Below, piece after piece: positions 13,790 through 26,869 of a DNA stretch of 64,000 nt. The translations under genes were made by a program, and so were the position numbers. Source of the stretch: Mobula hypostoma (taxonomy: Eukaryota). The notes beneath the pieces are model-generated. The model was not told the origin of the DNA. It saw nothing but the letters and a program-made list of their open reading frames with translations, and did not search any database. Each line of letters starts with the position of its first letter. Within the stretch, counting starts at the first letter, position 1. Where the stretch lies: contig NC_086112.1 of assembly GCF_963921235.1 (NCBI RefSeq), positions 21,018,001-21,082,000 on the forward strand, in the 5' to 3' direction.

Positions 13790-14186
13790 TTGCCCACCAT
13801 TGAGAACATCTTCCATAAACGCTGCCTGGGCAGGACGAAAAGCATTATCAGGGATACATCTCACCCTAACCATGGACTTTTTATTCTCCTCCCATCCGGT
13901 AGGCGCTACAGGAGCCTCCGCTCCTATACCAGCAGGCACAGGAAGAGCTTCTTCCCTGAGGCTGTGACACTGCTGAACCTCTCATCACAGCACTAAGCAG
14001 TATTGCACCCATATTGTACTGTCTCAGTACTTTTATATTTGTGTGCTGTAGCACTTACTTTTTATTCGCAGTTATTTTGTAAATAACACTCTTCTTTGCA
14101 TTTCTGGTCAGGTGCTAAATGCATTTCATTGGCTTTGTGTCTGTACTCGGCACAATGACAATAAAGTTGAATCTAATCTAATCTAA
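13790..14186 (+). mobile_element. Rex1/Babar LINE 3' end
   Basis: HPNHGLFILLPSGRRYRSLRSYTSRHRKSFFPEAV, then CAATAAA and an (AATCT)n tail. Confidence 0.85.
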
Positions 14187-14849
14187 TATAGTATATAGTT
14201 TTGTTTGCACAATTTCTTTTGCATATTAGTTGTTTGTCAATCTTTAATTGTACAGTTTTTCATGAATTCTACTGTATTTCTTTATTTTCCTGTAAATGCC
14301 TGCAAGAAAATGGATCTCAAGGTAGCATATTATATGGTGACATACTGTACTGAATATGCACTTTGATAATAAATTTACTTTGACTTGTGGGAAAACGTGA
14401 AGTTATCCATTTTGGACGGAAGGATTATTATTTAAATGGTGTGAAACTACAACATTTGGCATTGGGGTGTTTCCTAGACCCGGACATGAAAAGTAAGTGA
14501 GTATGCTAGAACACCAAATAGTCTGAAAAGCTAATGGGATGCTGGCCTTTTGTAGAGAAGGCGTGCTAGTGAGGCTGCACTTCAGTACTGCATTTAGTCT
14601 TGAGCTCCATATTTATGGACAAAATTGCTTACATTGGAGGCAGTGCAAATAATGTTCACCAGGTTGATTCCTAAGATAAAGAGGCTGAAATTAGAATTGT
14701 TATTTTGTGGTTGGGGACTATATTCATTGGAGTAAAGAGGAAGGAGGACATATGATTCAAAGGAGGATGGAAAGAGAGAAAATTTCTCCAAAGCTCGAGG
14801 ACATATTTCCAGTGTAAGAGATTAGCCATTAAGATGGAGGTAAGTTTAA

Positions 14850-15320
14850 AGTTCAAAGCAAGTTTATAAGTTTATTATTGAAGTATGTACAGCATATGTC
14901 ACTGTAACCCTGAGATTCATTTTCTTGCAGGCATTCACAGTTGAACGAAGAAATACAACAGAATCAATGAAAAACTACACACAAATATAATCTGACAAAC
15001 AACCAATGTGCAAAAGAAGGCAATCCATGGAAATTTTAAAATAATAAATAAATAATGTTGGAAACATGAATTATAAAGTCCTTGAAAAAGAGTCCATAGC
15101 TTGTGGAATCTGTTCAGAGCCAAGGTGAGTGAAGTTATCCACTCTGGTTCAGGAACCCAACGTTTGAAAGTTAATAACTGCTCCAGAACCTGGTGGTGTG
15201 GGACATAAGACTTCCTGGGGGCAGCTGTGAATAGAGAGCATGGCCTAGATTTTGGTGGGGGGGCGCAGTTGTTGATGATGGATGCTGCTTTCTTGTGGCA
15301 GCACTCCATGTAGATGTGCT
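14850..15320 (-). mobile_element. Rex1/Babar LINE 3' fragment
   Basis: EHIYMECCHKKAASII motif and a 3' UTR homologous to 885-1500. Confidence 0.65.
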
Positions 15321-16344
15321 CTTCTACAAGGAGAACTGTCTGCACATAGACAATCATGAATGTTTGGAACTTTCCAACCCAGATTGTTGTGGAGACCAGT
15401 TTATTGAATATATTTCACGGGGAATACTGATGATTAATTAAACTGCACGGAAGGCAAAGCATATGGGGAGAGGGTAGAGGAGCAGTGCTGGGTCCAATAT
15501 TAAATCGCCCATAGTCTAACTGAATGGCAAAACAGACTTGGGGCCAGCTGTCCCACTCATTGTCCCAAGTCTTATATCGTTGTGCTCTAATGCAGGAGAC
15601 CATATGTTTGAATGGAGACTTTTCAGCTGTGGGAATGAAAAGCAAGAACAAGAAGCCACTTTTGTTTGTTGTGTATAGTCTAATTTTTTTTAAACAATGG
15701 GCTCTTTTAAAAGATGATTATTTTATGAAATTTATTTTAATAATACTTCAGATGTGAAAATTTACATTGACAATTGGCAGAGTAACATGCATTTGTTGAT
15801 TATCAGAGAACTTCAGGGAAGTTTTATGGGCTTGGTCTGTCTGACCTAATGTCAGGGTGTTGTTACCACTTGAGATTTTGCTATTCTCAAACTAATGGGC
15901 GACTGGAACATTTGGACAGAGCAATGGGAATTCTAGGAATAGGGAGTGTTGATCCAACTGAGAATGTTCAGCTGCTACTGCAGATGAACAAATTATTGGG
16001 ACGGTATGATGCCTATGCCAGAGTTCTAAACATAAGTGAGGACATTGTAAGATTATAGTCAGAGCATCACTGAACTTCTCCTGATTTGGGAGCTGTTCCA
16101 ATTAATTGAAAAATTCTGGATGTCATTACTCTATTTAAGAAAGGTGATGGAGTAGCGTGCAAAATTGTTATCTTTCTCATACTTTAACTTTCCTTATGTT
16201 TGCTTGTATTTTTATACAGTCACTTATATATGTGTCAATGCTCTGTGAATCTTTAGTAATTGTAGTACACCTGATTGTGTATTTTATTTTAAGTATCTCT
16301 GGAGCCGGTGTCATACTACTGAACCTGACTAATTCATAGTTTAT

Positions 16345-17050
16345 TTAGAGTCATTGAGTCATAGAACATTACAGCACAGAAACAAGCCTTTCAGCCCATC
16401 TAGTCCATGTCAAACCATTAATCAGCCTGGTCCCTTCAACCTGCACCAGGACCATGGCCTTCCACGCATGTATGTACCTGTCCAAATTTCTCTTAAATAT
16501 TGAAATCAAACCTGCATCCTTCACTAGCACTGGTAGCTCGTTTCACATGCTCACCACCTTCTGAGTGAAGAAGATCCCCCCCATGTTCACCTTAAACATT
16601 TCACCTTTCAATCTTAAGCCGTGACCTCTAGTTCTAGTCTCACCCAACCTTAATGGGGAAAGCCTACTGGCATTTACCCTATCTATACACCTCATTATTT
16701 TGTACACCTCTACCAAATTGCCCCTCAATCTTCAACATTCTAGGGAATAAATTCCGAACCTATTCAACCTTTCCCTATAACTCAGGTCCTCAAGTCCCAG
16801 CAAAATCCTTGTAAATCTTCTCCACAATACTTCAATCTTATTTACATCTTTCCTGTGGGTAGGTGAATAAGTCTTCACACAATACTCCAAAATAGGCCTC
16901 ACCAATGTCCTATGCGATTTCAACATAACATCCCAACTCCTGTACTCAGTACATTGATTTATGACGGCCAATATGCCAAAAGCTTTCCTTATGACCCTAT
17001 CTACCTGTGACAGCACTTTCAAGGAATTGTGGAACTGTATTCCCAGATCC
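16345..17050 (-). mobile_element. CR1 LINE 3' fragment
   Basis: QVDRVIRKAFGILA...LEYCV...RRFTRIL and MRGNLVEVYKIMR motifs. Confidence 0.85.
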
Positions 17051-17159
17051 CTCGTCTCAGTGCCCTACCACTCAAAATGTAACACCTACTCTGGATTGTC
17101 TTCTCAAAATTCAACACCTCAGACTTGCATGCATTAAATTTCATCTCCCATTTTTCATC

Positions 17160-18100
17160 CCAGGATACCAACAATTTTTGAGATACTCAGACCACCCCAT
17201 CTGGCACCAATAATCGTTCCACAGTCAAAGTCATTTAGATCATATTTCTTTCCCATTCTGATGTTTGGTCTGAATAACAGCTGAACCTCTTGACCAACCA
17301 TGTCTGCATGTTTTTTATGCATTGTGTTGCTTCCACGTGATTAATTGATTAGGTATTTGCATTAACGAGTAGCTGTAAAGGTGTGCCCGAGTGTATGAGT
17401 CATGTCTTTGTGGCTTTGGAGTTTACTACTGCTAAGAGTTTCGTGGCTGGAACAGAACATCCTCCTGTAGTACTCCCATCGTGGCAACTCTAGAACTAAT
17501 GCAGAGTAGTTGTGACAGTGCAGATCGGAGCAATCTTCCATCCTCAGGCGCTGCAGTAGCTTTACATTGAACAAGTAGCTTGTGTGAAGACGTGTGAGAA
17601 TAGCTTTCTAGGAATGCAAATAACACAGACCTCACTCAATCAGAAGTGAATTCAGATTGTCTAGCTCATCGAAAATCAGTCCATTCAGAATGTTAGTTCA
17701 TTGGAATCAAAGATACTATCAAAATAAAAGCTTTGTAACTGGAAAAGAAGTACTCAATTATCAAAATAAGTATCATTTATTGTTAATAAATAAATGAATG
17801 GAAACTGCACTGCAGTGGACAGGAAGGCTCGACAATGAATAATCAAACTGCCCAAAGCATTACCAGAACCAACCTACCCACCATCAAGAACATATCTAGA
17901 GACAGGTGTTGAAAAAGGGCCAGTAACATCATGAAGGATCCTACCCACGCTGGTCCGGGACTGTTTCTCCCACTCCCATCAGGGAGGAGGCTACAAAGCA
18001 TCCACGCCAGAACCAGCAGACTCAAAAACAGTTACTTTCCCCAAGCAGGAAGGCTGATCAAGATCTCCACCCACTAACCCACCCCAGCACAAACCCCACC
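17160..18100 (-). repeat. Inverted duplication, arm 2 (partner ~7843-8721)
   Basis: Same ordered segments and junctions in reverse orientation; ORFs 8210-8467(+) and 17432-17635(-) are homologous. Confidence 0.9.
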
Positions 18101-18666
18101 TTTTTTTTCAACTGCAGATCTTGCTGCAAGCTTTGATAATATTCCTTGCAGACCACTACACCCATCTGCACTGGAAATCATCTGTGATTTCTTATCACTA
18201 GGATATGCTTTATGTGTCTAGTTTGCATAAGATGACCATGACTTCTTTGCTTTTGGCTTTTCTTCATTTTTTGTTTAATCTTTAGTCTTATTATTCCTAA
18301 TGAAACAGCAGTAATTACCAGTTTCACCAGTTCTTAACTTCCTAAAAGCTCTTGCAGCATGACATGTCAAAGATGAGAGAGGAAATCAAGTTACTATATT
18401 ATTGTACTCAAGTTAAATTATTATACTCTTATGAAGAAGAATGACAAAATACCTTATGTGACCAAGATAATTCAGGTGATCATCAAAGATTTGTGAAGTA
18501 CAAAAAGCAGGACACTGGAAGAACTCAGTGTATTAAGCAGCATCCGTGGAGGCAAAAAGTTGCCATTTTGGGTTGAGACCCTGCATTAGGAATGAGAGAG
18601 ACGAGGAAAAGTTGCCAGTATGCCAACTGAGTAAATGAGCGTGCATGTGTGTTTTACACCTGTGCA

Positions 18667-18820
18667 NNNNNNNNNNNNNNNNNNNNNNNNNNNNNNNNNN
18701 NNNNNNNNNNNNNNNNNNNNNNNNNNNNNNNNNNNNNNNNNNNNNNNNNNNNNNNNNNNNNNNNNNNNNNNNNNNNNNNNNNNNNNNNNNNNNNNNNNNN
18801 NNNNNNNNNNNNNNNNNNNN
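18667..18820. other. Assembly gap (154 N) flanked by GT/GA microsatellite-like sequence inside a Penelope-derived element
   Basis: Run of n characters. Confidence 0.99.
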
Positions 18821-19571
18821 TGTTGCGTGTGTGTGAGAGAGAGAGAGAGCCTTGCATTTTGTGTGTATATGGGGGCGGGGAGAGCAGTGGGACAGAGGAT
18901 GGTAGATAATAGGTAGATTATCATCTAGATGGGGAGGGGATGATGGGCAGGTGGAACCAGGTAGGAGAGGAGGGGGTGGGACAGCGGCTGGTAGGTGATG
19001 AGTGAACAAGATAGAGAGGGGATGATAAGCAGATGAATTGAGGTGGGGAGGGGGAAGGGGTTGGAAAGATGAACAGAGGGAGAAGCAAACTAGATGGATA
19101 GGCAAATGTGTGTGGGAGGAAAATTCTGGGGCATGAGTTACTTGTTTGCATTTGTAAACTGTGAGTCAAATCCAATGAAACTAAAGGAATGATTATAAAA
19201 GAAAAAGGTTGGAATATTTATGATTGATGTTTCCAAGGGCTTCCAGAAGAATTCTGATAAAACTTCTCCTGAGGCACAGGCAGCTAAAGGTGTTGTTTAT
19301 GGAAATGAAGTCAAAGTTTTGAATTGATTAAGCAGCAGGAGACAGCAGGAAATAATAGGCAGGTGCTCAAATTGACAGCAATGACTGGTAATATATCACA
19401 GGGCTCTGCACTGAAAATTTCACCATTTATTAAATGAGAGACATCTTCTAAGCCCACCATTGAAATAAAGAAGTCAGGTGAAAATAAGAAATAGAATGAT
19501 TCTTTTTTTGGCAAGAATGCAAGTATGAAAACTCCTTTCACATATTTTCTGCCTGGTACTTTTACACCTAC

Positions 19572-19815
19572 CTTTGACTCATCTTTATCAAATCTTCCTT
19601 TTCCATTTCAAGTCAATATATCATCAGCGAAGATGTCACTTTATTTCCTGTCTGTTTGCACAAGCCATCAAAAGCTACTCTCTCACTCTCTTGGCCTCAT
19701 ACTTTTCATTCTGCATTCTGAGGAAAGCTGTTCTCTACATGTTGAAAGTTGTTGCCAAGTGCACACATCAACCATACTTTTGGCTTAGGGTGGCACGTAA
19801 CTGGAAAGATACGAC
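19572..19815 (-). pseudogene. Exon remnant H
   Basis: Acceptor ATGTTTTTGCAG|, donor AAG|GTAGGT; 244 nt, phase 1-2. Reads GRIFPVTCHPKPKVWLMCALGNNFQHVENSFPQNAE*KV*GQESERVAFDGLCKQTGNKVTSSLMIY*LEMEKEDLIKMSQR (three TGA). Confidence 0.65.
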
Positions 19816-20449
19816 CTGCAAAAACATAATCTTTACCCAGCTAGAAATACTGAATGGATATATTGAAGAATGTTTCTATTTACTTCTAGTCAGCCAATGA
19901 TACATCATGCATTCTTCTGTCACTGATCAAATAGAAATATGATAGATGATAGTCTGTCAAAAGACACAGTCACTACTGCCATATAACCTGGATGACAATA
20001 AAACATTTACAATTGTTTTTACAGAAATTGCCATTCTATATGACAGATCACGTGAGAGGTGTCGGTGCAAAAGCATTGACTAAACACAGGAGCTCTGATT
20101 AGATGAAGACAACGAAATTGAACCTGTTCATGCCTCAACTCTGCTGAAGGAATAATGCATATTGGACTCGGGGACAAGCCATTAAAGAGAAGATGATGTC
20201 TACATACTAACAATTACAATGGTGAGATAGAATCCATTACCAACTTTTGTGGGTTTCAATTAATGCTTGAAGTGACCTTAACTAGCTATTATAGTTGTGG
20301 CAGTGGCCAAGTTCCTCTTGCAGGTGTTTATGACAACAGTGATGGCAGATGCTAACAATGCTTATGTTGGAGAAATTCAGCTTCCAAGCTCAACAACCTT
20401 TAATCTCACCCAGGATACTGAACTGAATGAAAAAAGACTTCTTTGATAT

Positions 20450-23400
20450 TAGAAGACCATAAGATATAGGAGCAGAATTAGGCCATTTGACCCATCAAGT
20501 CTGCTCTGCCATTCAGTCATTGCGGATCATTTTCCCCCTTCCTCAACCCCACTCTCTGGCCTTCTCCCCGTAACCTCTGATGCCATGTCCAATCAAGAAC
20601 CCATCAATCTCTGCCTTAAATACACCCAGCGACCTGGCCTCCATAGTTGCCTGTGGTAATAAATTCCGCAAATTCGCCGCCTTCTGGCTAAAGAAATTTC
20701 TCCGCATCTCTGTTTTAAATGGACGCTCCTCTATCCTGGGGCTGTGCCCTCTTGTCCTAGACTCCCCCACCATGGGAAACATCCTTTCCACATGTACTCT
20801 GTGTAGGCCTTTCATCATTTGGAAGGTTTCAATGAGATCCCCTCCTCATCCTTCTGAATTCCAGTGAGTACAGACCTCAGCTATCAAACGTTCCTCATAT
20901 GATAACTCTTTCATTCCTAGAATCATCCTTGTGAACCGCCTCTGGACCCTCTCCAATGCCAGCACATCTTTTCTTAGATGAGGAGCCCAAAACTGTTCAC
21001 AATTCTCAAGGGGAGGCCTCACTAGTGTCTTACAAAGCCTCAGCATCACATCCCTGCTCTTGTATTTTAGACCTCTTGAGATGAATGCTAACATTGCATT
21101 TGCCTTTCTCACCACTGACACTACCTACAAGTTAACATAGAGAACATAGAACATAGAATAGTATGGCACAGTACAGGCCCTTCGGCCCACAATGTTGTGC
21201 CAACCCTCATACCCTGCCTCCCATATTAAATATACACCTTAAATTCCTCCATATACCTATCTAGTAGTCTCTTAAATTTCACTAGTGTATCTGTCTCCAC
21301 CACTGACTCAGGCAGTGCATTCCACGCATCAACAACTCTCTGAGTAAAAAACCTTCCTTTAATATCCCCCTTGAACTTCCCACCCCTTACCTTAAAGCCA
21401 TGTCCTCTTGTACTGAGCAGTGGTTCCCTGGGGAAGAGGCGCTGCCTGTCCACTTTATCTATTCCTCTTAATATCTTGTACACCTCTATCATGTCTCCTC
21501 TCATCCTCCTTCTCTCCAAAGAGTAAAGCTCCCTTAATCTCTAATCATAATCCATACTCTCTAAACCAGGCAGCATCCTGGTAAATCTCCTCTGTACCCT
21601 TTCCAATGCTTCCACATCCTTCCTATAGTGAGGCGTCCAGGACTGGACACAGTACTCCAAGTGTGGCCTAACCAGAGTTTTATAGAACACCTTCAGGGTG
21701 ACCTGCAAAAGGTCTCCCAAGTCCCTTTGCATCTCAGGCTTTTGGATTTTCTCCCCATTTAGAAAAGATTCTGCACATTTATTTCTTTTACCAAAGTATA
21801 TGACCATGCATTTTCCAATATTTTATTTCATTTGCCATTTTCTTGCACCTTCTCCTAATCTGTCCAAGTACTTCTGCACCCTACCTGTTTCATCAACACT
21901 ACCTGCCCCTCCACCAGTCTTCGATACATCTGCAAACTTGGCAACAAAGCCACCTATTCCATCATCTAAATTTTTGGCATACAGCATAAAAAGAAGTGGT
22001 CCCAACACCAACCCCTGCGGTACACTATTAGTCACTGGCAGCCAACCAGACAAGGATCCTTTTATTCCAACTCACTGCCTCCTACCAATCAGCCAATGCT
22101 CCCACCATGTTAGTAACTTGTATGCAATATCATGGGCTCTTAACTGGGTAAGTAGCCTCATGTGTAGCACCTTGTCAAAGGCCTTCTGACAATCCAAATA
22201 TACAACATCTGCTGCATCCCCTTTCTCGATCTTTCTTGAAGAATTCCAACAGGTTCTTCAGGCAAAATTTTCCCTCAAGGAAACCATGCTGATTTTGTCC
22301 TGTGTTGTACTATGTCATCAAGTACTCCATAACCTCATCCCTAACAATTGACTCCAACATCTTCCCAACCACTGAGGTCAAGCTAACTGGTCTATAATTT
22401 CCTTTCTTAAAGAGTGGTGTGACATTTGCAATTTTCCAGTCCTCTGGCACCATGCCAGAGTCCAATGATTTTTGAAAGATCATTACTAATGCCTCCACAA
22501 TCTCTAATGCTATCTCTTTCACAACCCTGGGTGAGTTCATCTGGTCCGGGTGATTTACGTACCCTTAGGTCTTTCAGCTTTTTGAGCACCTTCTCCCTTG
22601 TAATAGCAACTGAACTCACTTCTCTTCCTTCACACATTGCAACATCTGACACACTGCTAGTGTCTTCCACAGTGAAGACTGATGCAAAATACTCACTTAG
22701 TTCATCTGCCATCTCCTTGTTCCCCATTATTATTTCTCTGACCTCATTTTCTAGTGATCCTACATCCACTCTCATTTCCCTTTTATTTTTTACATACTTG
22801 AAAAAGCTTTTACTATCCACTTTGATATTGTTTGCTAGTTTGCTTTCATATTTTAGTTGCTCTCTTTAGGTTTTTAAAAGCTTCCAGATCCTCTATCTAC
22901 CCACTAATTTTTGCTTTGTTGTATGCCCTCTCTTTTATTTTTACATTAGCTTTGACTTCCCTTGTCAGCCATGGTTGTACCTTTTTGCTATTGGAGTATA
23001 TCTCCGTTTTTGGAATACATCTGTCCTGTACCTTCTTCATTTTTCCCAGAAACTCATGCCATTGCTGCTCTGTTGACATCCCTGCCAGCATCTGCTTCCA
23101 ATTTACTTTGACCAACTCCTCTCTCATACCACTGTAATTTCCTTTACTCTACTGAAATACCACTACGTTAGACTTTACTTTCTTCCCATTAAATTTCGAT
23201 TTGAACTCAGTCATATTGTGATCACTGGCTCCTAAGGGCCCTTTTACCTTAAGCTCCCAAATCACCTCCAATTCATTACATAACACCCAATCCAGTATAG
23301 CTGATCCCCTAAAAGGCTCAAAGACAAGCTGCCCTAAAAGCCTTCTTGTAGGTATTCAACAAACTCACTCTCTTGAGATCCATGACCAAACTGATTTTCC

Positions 23401-23785
23401 CCAATTGATCCACATGTTATAATCTCCCATGACGATCATAATATTGCCCTTTTGACACGCCTTTTCTATTTCCCATTGTAATCTGTGGTTCACATCCCAG
23501 CTACTGTTTGGAGGCCTATATATAACTGCCATCAGGGTCCCTTTTACCCTTGTAGTTTTTTAACTCAACCCACAAGGATTCAACGTCTTTCGAACCTATG
23601 TCACATCTTTCTACTGATTTGATGCCATTCTTTACCAGTAGAACCCTTCTGCCTACCTTCCTATCCCTCCAATACAATGTGTAACCTTGGACATTCAGCT
23701 CCCAACTACAACCATCCTTCAGCTATGTTTCAGTGATGGCCACAATATCATACCTGACAACCTGTAATAGTGCAACAAGATCAGC
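20450..23785 (-). mobile_element. Degenerate CR1 LINE (endonuclease to 3' end)
   Basis: YDIVAITET (APE domain), DSKSFFKYVK, GNYRPVSLTSVVGK, VPQGLVLGPLLF...FAD, TRGHS...RRNFFSQ motifs. Confidence 0.9.
21136..21684 (-). mobile_element. Younger CR1 3' fragment nested in the CR1 at 20450-23785
   Basis: Has its own (ATAGAAC)n tail at ~21136-21160 and a second RT C-terminus; the host sequence resumes at ~21690. Confidence 0.8.
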
Positions 23786-23994
23786 TATACTCTGTGCATT
23801 GAGTGCTGTATTTGCTACTGAATCAGGAAGTGCACTCACCATAATACAGTTATAGTTACATGTTATGATAAGGAGATAGAAAATATGCATAGCCCTCACT
23901 GATAATTGTACCTTCATGACCTTCGAAATCACTGCCCACAAATTGCCCAGGTGGATGTGGAATCACTAAAGTCTACGATTTTGATATATCAATT

Positions 23995-24059
<65 letters not shown>
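23995..24059. repeat. (TC)n(AC)n microsatellite
   Basis: Read directly from the sequence. Confidence 0.95.
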
Positions 24060-24061
<2 letters not shown>

Positions 24062-24810
24062 TCCTAGCTCCTCACTGCTACAAACATGGACATCAAGAAA
24101 GCCTTAATTAAACTACAGCATCCTCTCTGAACCTATGCTGTATTCACTCGGCGAACATTTCAGAGGCATACAAAGATCACAGTTTCATTCAGCTAGTAGC
24201 TCAGACCAACGTGAGAAATAGTTTGCAAGCTTTTCACCCAGCCAATGAAACCGCAGCTCTGTTTGACATCATCCGGTGGAGAACTTGCTCTGGTCACACA
24301 GTCACGAGGAACTCTGCAGATGCTGGAATGTGTTGTCTGGTCACGCAATGCTGTGCAACAGTCATAGTCACACATATACAACTAGAGAGACGAAGAGTTT
24401 TGGCACAGTACTGTATTTGTCAGCGTGGAGCAGAGAGCCAGTTTGCAAATTTGGTGGGAGCAAAGGGTGTTGGGAATGGCAAAGGTGAAGCATGGGACAG
24501 GTGGCAGAGGAGGAGTGCTAGGCTGGGGGTGTGGTGCACGTGCGGACACAGCCTGCCCCAAGACACCAGGCAAGGTCATTTGATTCCAAATAATTGGCTT
24601 ATTGGTCATTACAGAATGCCTCTCTGGTGCTCCCTGCTCCCTCCTCTCTCCCTTCCCCCCTTCCCAACCATGATGCCCCTCTCCCTGTCCCCTTCCCATC
24701 CTCAGTTCACAACGGAGACCCATATCAGAATCAGATTTATTACCACTCACATATGTCATGAAATTTGCTTTTTTTTCGGCAGCAGTACAGGGCAATATAT
24801 AAAATTACTA

Positions 24811-24877
24811 CAGTACTGTGCAAAAGTCTTAGGCACCTTAGCTATATATATGTGCCTAAGACTTTTGCACAGTACTG
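24811..24877. mobile_element. 67-bp Tc1-type micro-MITE (palindrome)
   Basis: TA + CAGTACTGTGCAAAAGTCTTAGGCAC, 15-nt spacer, exact reverse complement + TA; same TIR family as 52482-52882. Confidence 0.85.
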
Positions 24878-25756
24878 TATCTACCAAGGCTGCATTGATA
24901 CGAATATCAATTTTGTTACTGGAGCAGAAATTGTTAAATGGCTGAAACCTACACTGATACAACACTTTAGCCCACTCCTGCTGAAAGTACTTCAACAGCT
25001 AGCTGCTCTCTGCCCTTGATCATCCCCTCCCATAGGTTCCTGAGAATGTTTCCGCAAAGCTGCCTCATGTGTTACCTCAGTTCCAGAACAAAGTTTTGCT
25101 TCAAGCTAGCAAATCATAATCTTCACTACCAGCCACCAGTTTGTTTTTGCTTTTATATCGCTGCCTTCAGATTCCATTTCATTTATTTATCATATGTGCA
25201 TCAATACGTAATGAGGTGCGTCATCTGCGTTTACAACCAACACAATCCGAGGATGTGCATGGGGGCAGCCCACAAGTGTCACCACACATTCTGGCATCAA
25301 CATAGCATGCCCTCCATGTTCACAGAACAGTAATAGCAACAACAGCAAAACAAGCACTGTCTCTCCCCACCACCCACAAACACAGACAGTCCTCCAAACA
25401 CCTTCTGACCTTGCCAGAAAAATCAAAGCTTCTTTTACGCAAAGCCACAGCAACCTGCGGGCATATTGATCAGGGAGCAGATACTTAATTGGAAACTTGA
25501 GGGACTCCCAGGTATCTCTCACTTCATTTGTAAGCTCCAGTTGCAGCTCTCTTCACTTCTCCTTAATTCCCTTCCTTCCCAAGTAGATGCTCATCAGCCA
25601 CCTCGACATTAGAACCACCTCAGCAGTTCAGAAGAGATGCTTCAACCTTTCAATGGTCAAAAATTCCCTCAAGTGTCTAACAAAATAAAAGCGACACAAG
25701 TTTATACTTTACATCACCTTTGTCTGAGAGTGGCCAAGGACAACTTCAATGGTGCA

Positions 25757-26376
25757 GCTACAGAGAAGGCACGACAGCGGCTATATTTCATCAGGAGTTT
25801 GAGAAGATTTGGTGTGTCTCCAAAAACACTCGAAAATTTCTACAGAGGTTTTGTGGAAAGCATTCTAACTGGCTGCATCACTGTCTGGTATGGGGGTTGG
25901 GGGGGGAGCGAGGGAGCTACTGCACGGGATCGAAGTAACCTGCTGAGAGTTGTGAACTTAGTCAGCTCCAGCATGGGCACTAGCCTCCACAGTATCCAGG
26001 AAACCTTTAAGGAGCGAGGCCTCAAAAAGCCAGCGGCGTCCATCATTAATGACCCCCATCACCCAGGTCATGCCTTGTTCTCATTGCTACCATCAGGAAG
26101 AAGGCACACACTCAATGATTCAGGAACAGCCCTTCCCCTCTGCCGTCTGATTTCTGAATGGACATTGAACCCATGAACACTACCTCACTACATTTTTAAT
26201 TTCCTACTTTTGTCCTGCTTATTTAATTTAACTATTTAATATACTGAATACACTTACTGTAATTCACATTTTTCTCTATTATTATGTATTGCATTGTACT
26301 GCTGCTGCAAAGTTAACAAATTTCACGATGTATGCTGGAGATATTCAACCCGATTCGGATTCTGATTCCGATTCTG
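25757..26376 (+). mobile_element. Rex1/Babar LINE 3' fragment
   Basis: KARQRLYFIRSLRRFGVSPKTLENFYRGFVESILTGCITVWYG; (ATTCTG)-like tail. Confidence 0.85.
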
Positions 26377-26869
26377 AAAGGACCTTGTACCATTTCTACC
26401 ACCAGTGCTTGACAGGTGGGAGCTGGAAAGTGTCAATCGAAAAATAACATAATCATAATGACACCAGTTAATTATTAAGTAAATATATTCTGGATCCCTC
26501 TACCTTGGACAACAGTCTGAATCATTAGGGATAAATGAACCAAAGAAAATTAGTTCAAGTGGACTGGAGGAGAACTTGGATTATTCTCTGCCCAATTTGT
26601 GAGTGACAAGAGCACAAGAAAATAACAAAAATTACTTGCAATTACTCAGGCACAGAGTTTCAACTTGTAGGATTTTTTGTCAACTTTTAAAACATTGCTG
26701 CTCTGTTATACACAAGAAAGGGAAGAGTTGGGAGAAATCTGAGCCATTATACACAAAGAGAGTGAGCAAACATCAAATTAAACAGATTAAAATGCTTTTG
26801 CCTTCTATATTTGGTTTCAGAAGAGGGTTCTCTTTTCAAAGTCCATAAGGTTGAGGATAACTCCTTGTT

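Noticed and set aside
18533-19105. ORFs spanning the N run
   Set aside because: Artefacts of translating the assembly gap.
19572-19815. Selenoprotein or stop-codon recoding as the explanation for multiple in-frame TGA codons
   Set aside because: Other exons carry TAA/TAG stops, a frameshift and TE insertions, and the TGA contexts are not redox-motif-like. CpG decay is the simpler explanation.
20025-20221. Plus-strand exon-like segment (TTTTTACAG| ... ATG|GTGAGA)
   Set aside because: Stops occur in all three frames and I found no phase-compatible partner exons on the plus strand.
24235-24290. CCAAT box plus TGACATCA as a promoter
   Set aside because: Short motifs expected by chance; no CpG island or downstream exon supports it.
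24211-24945. 244-aa plus-strand ORF
   Set aside because: It crosses a composite repeat and a micro-MITE and has no domain-like composition.
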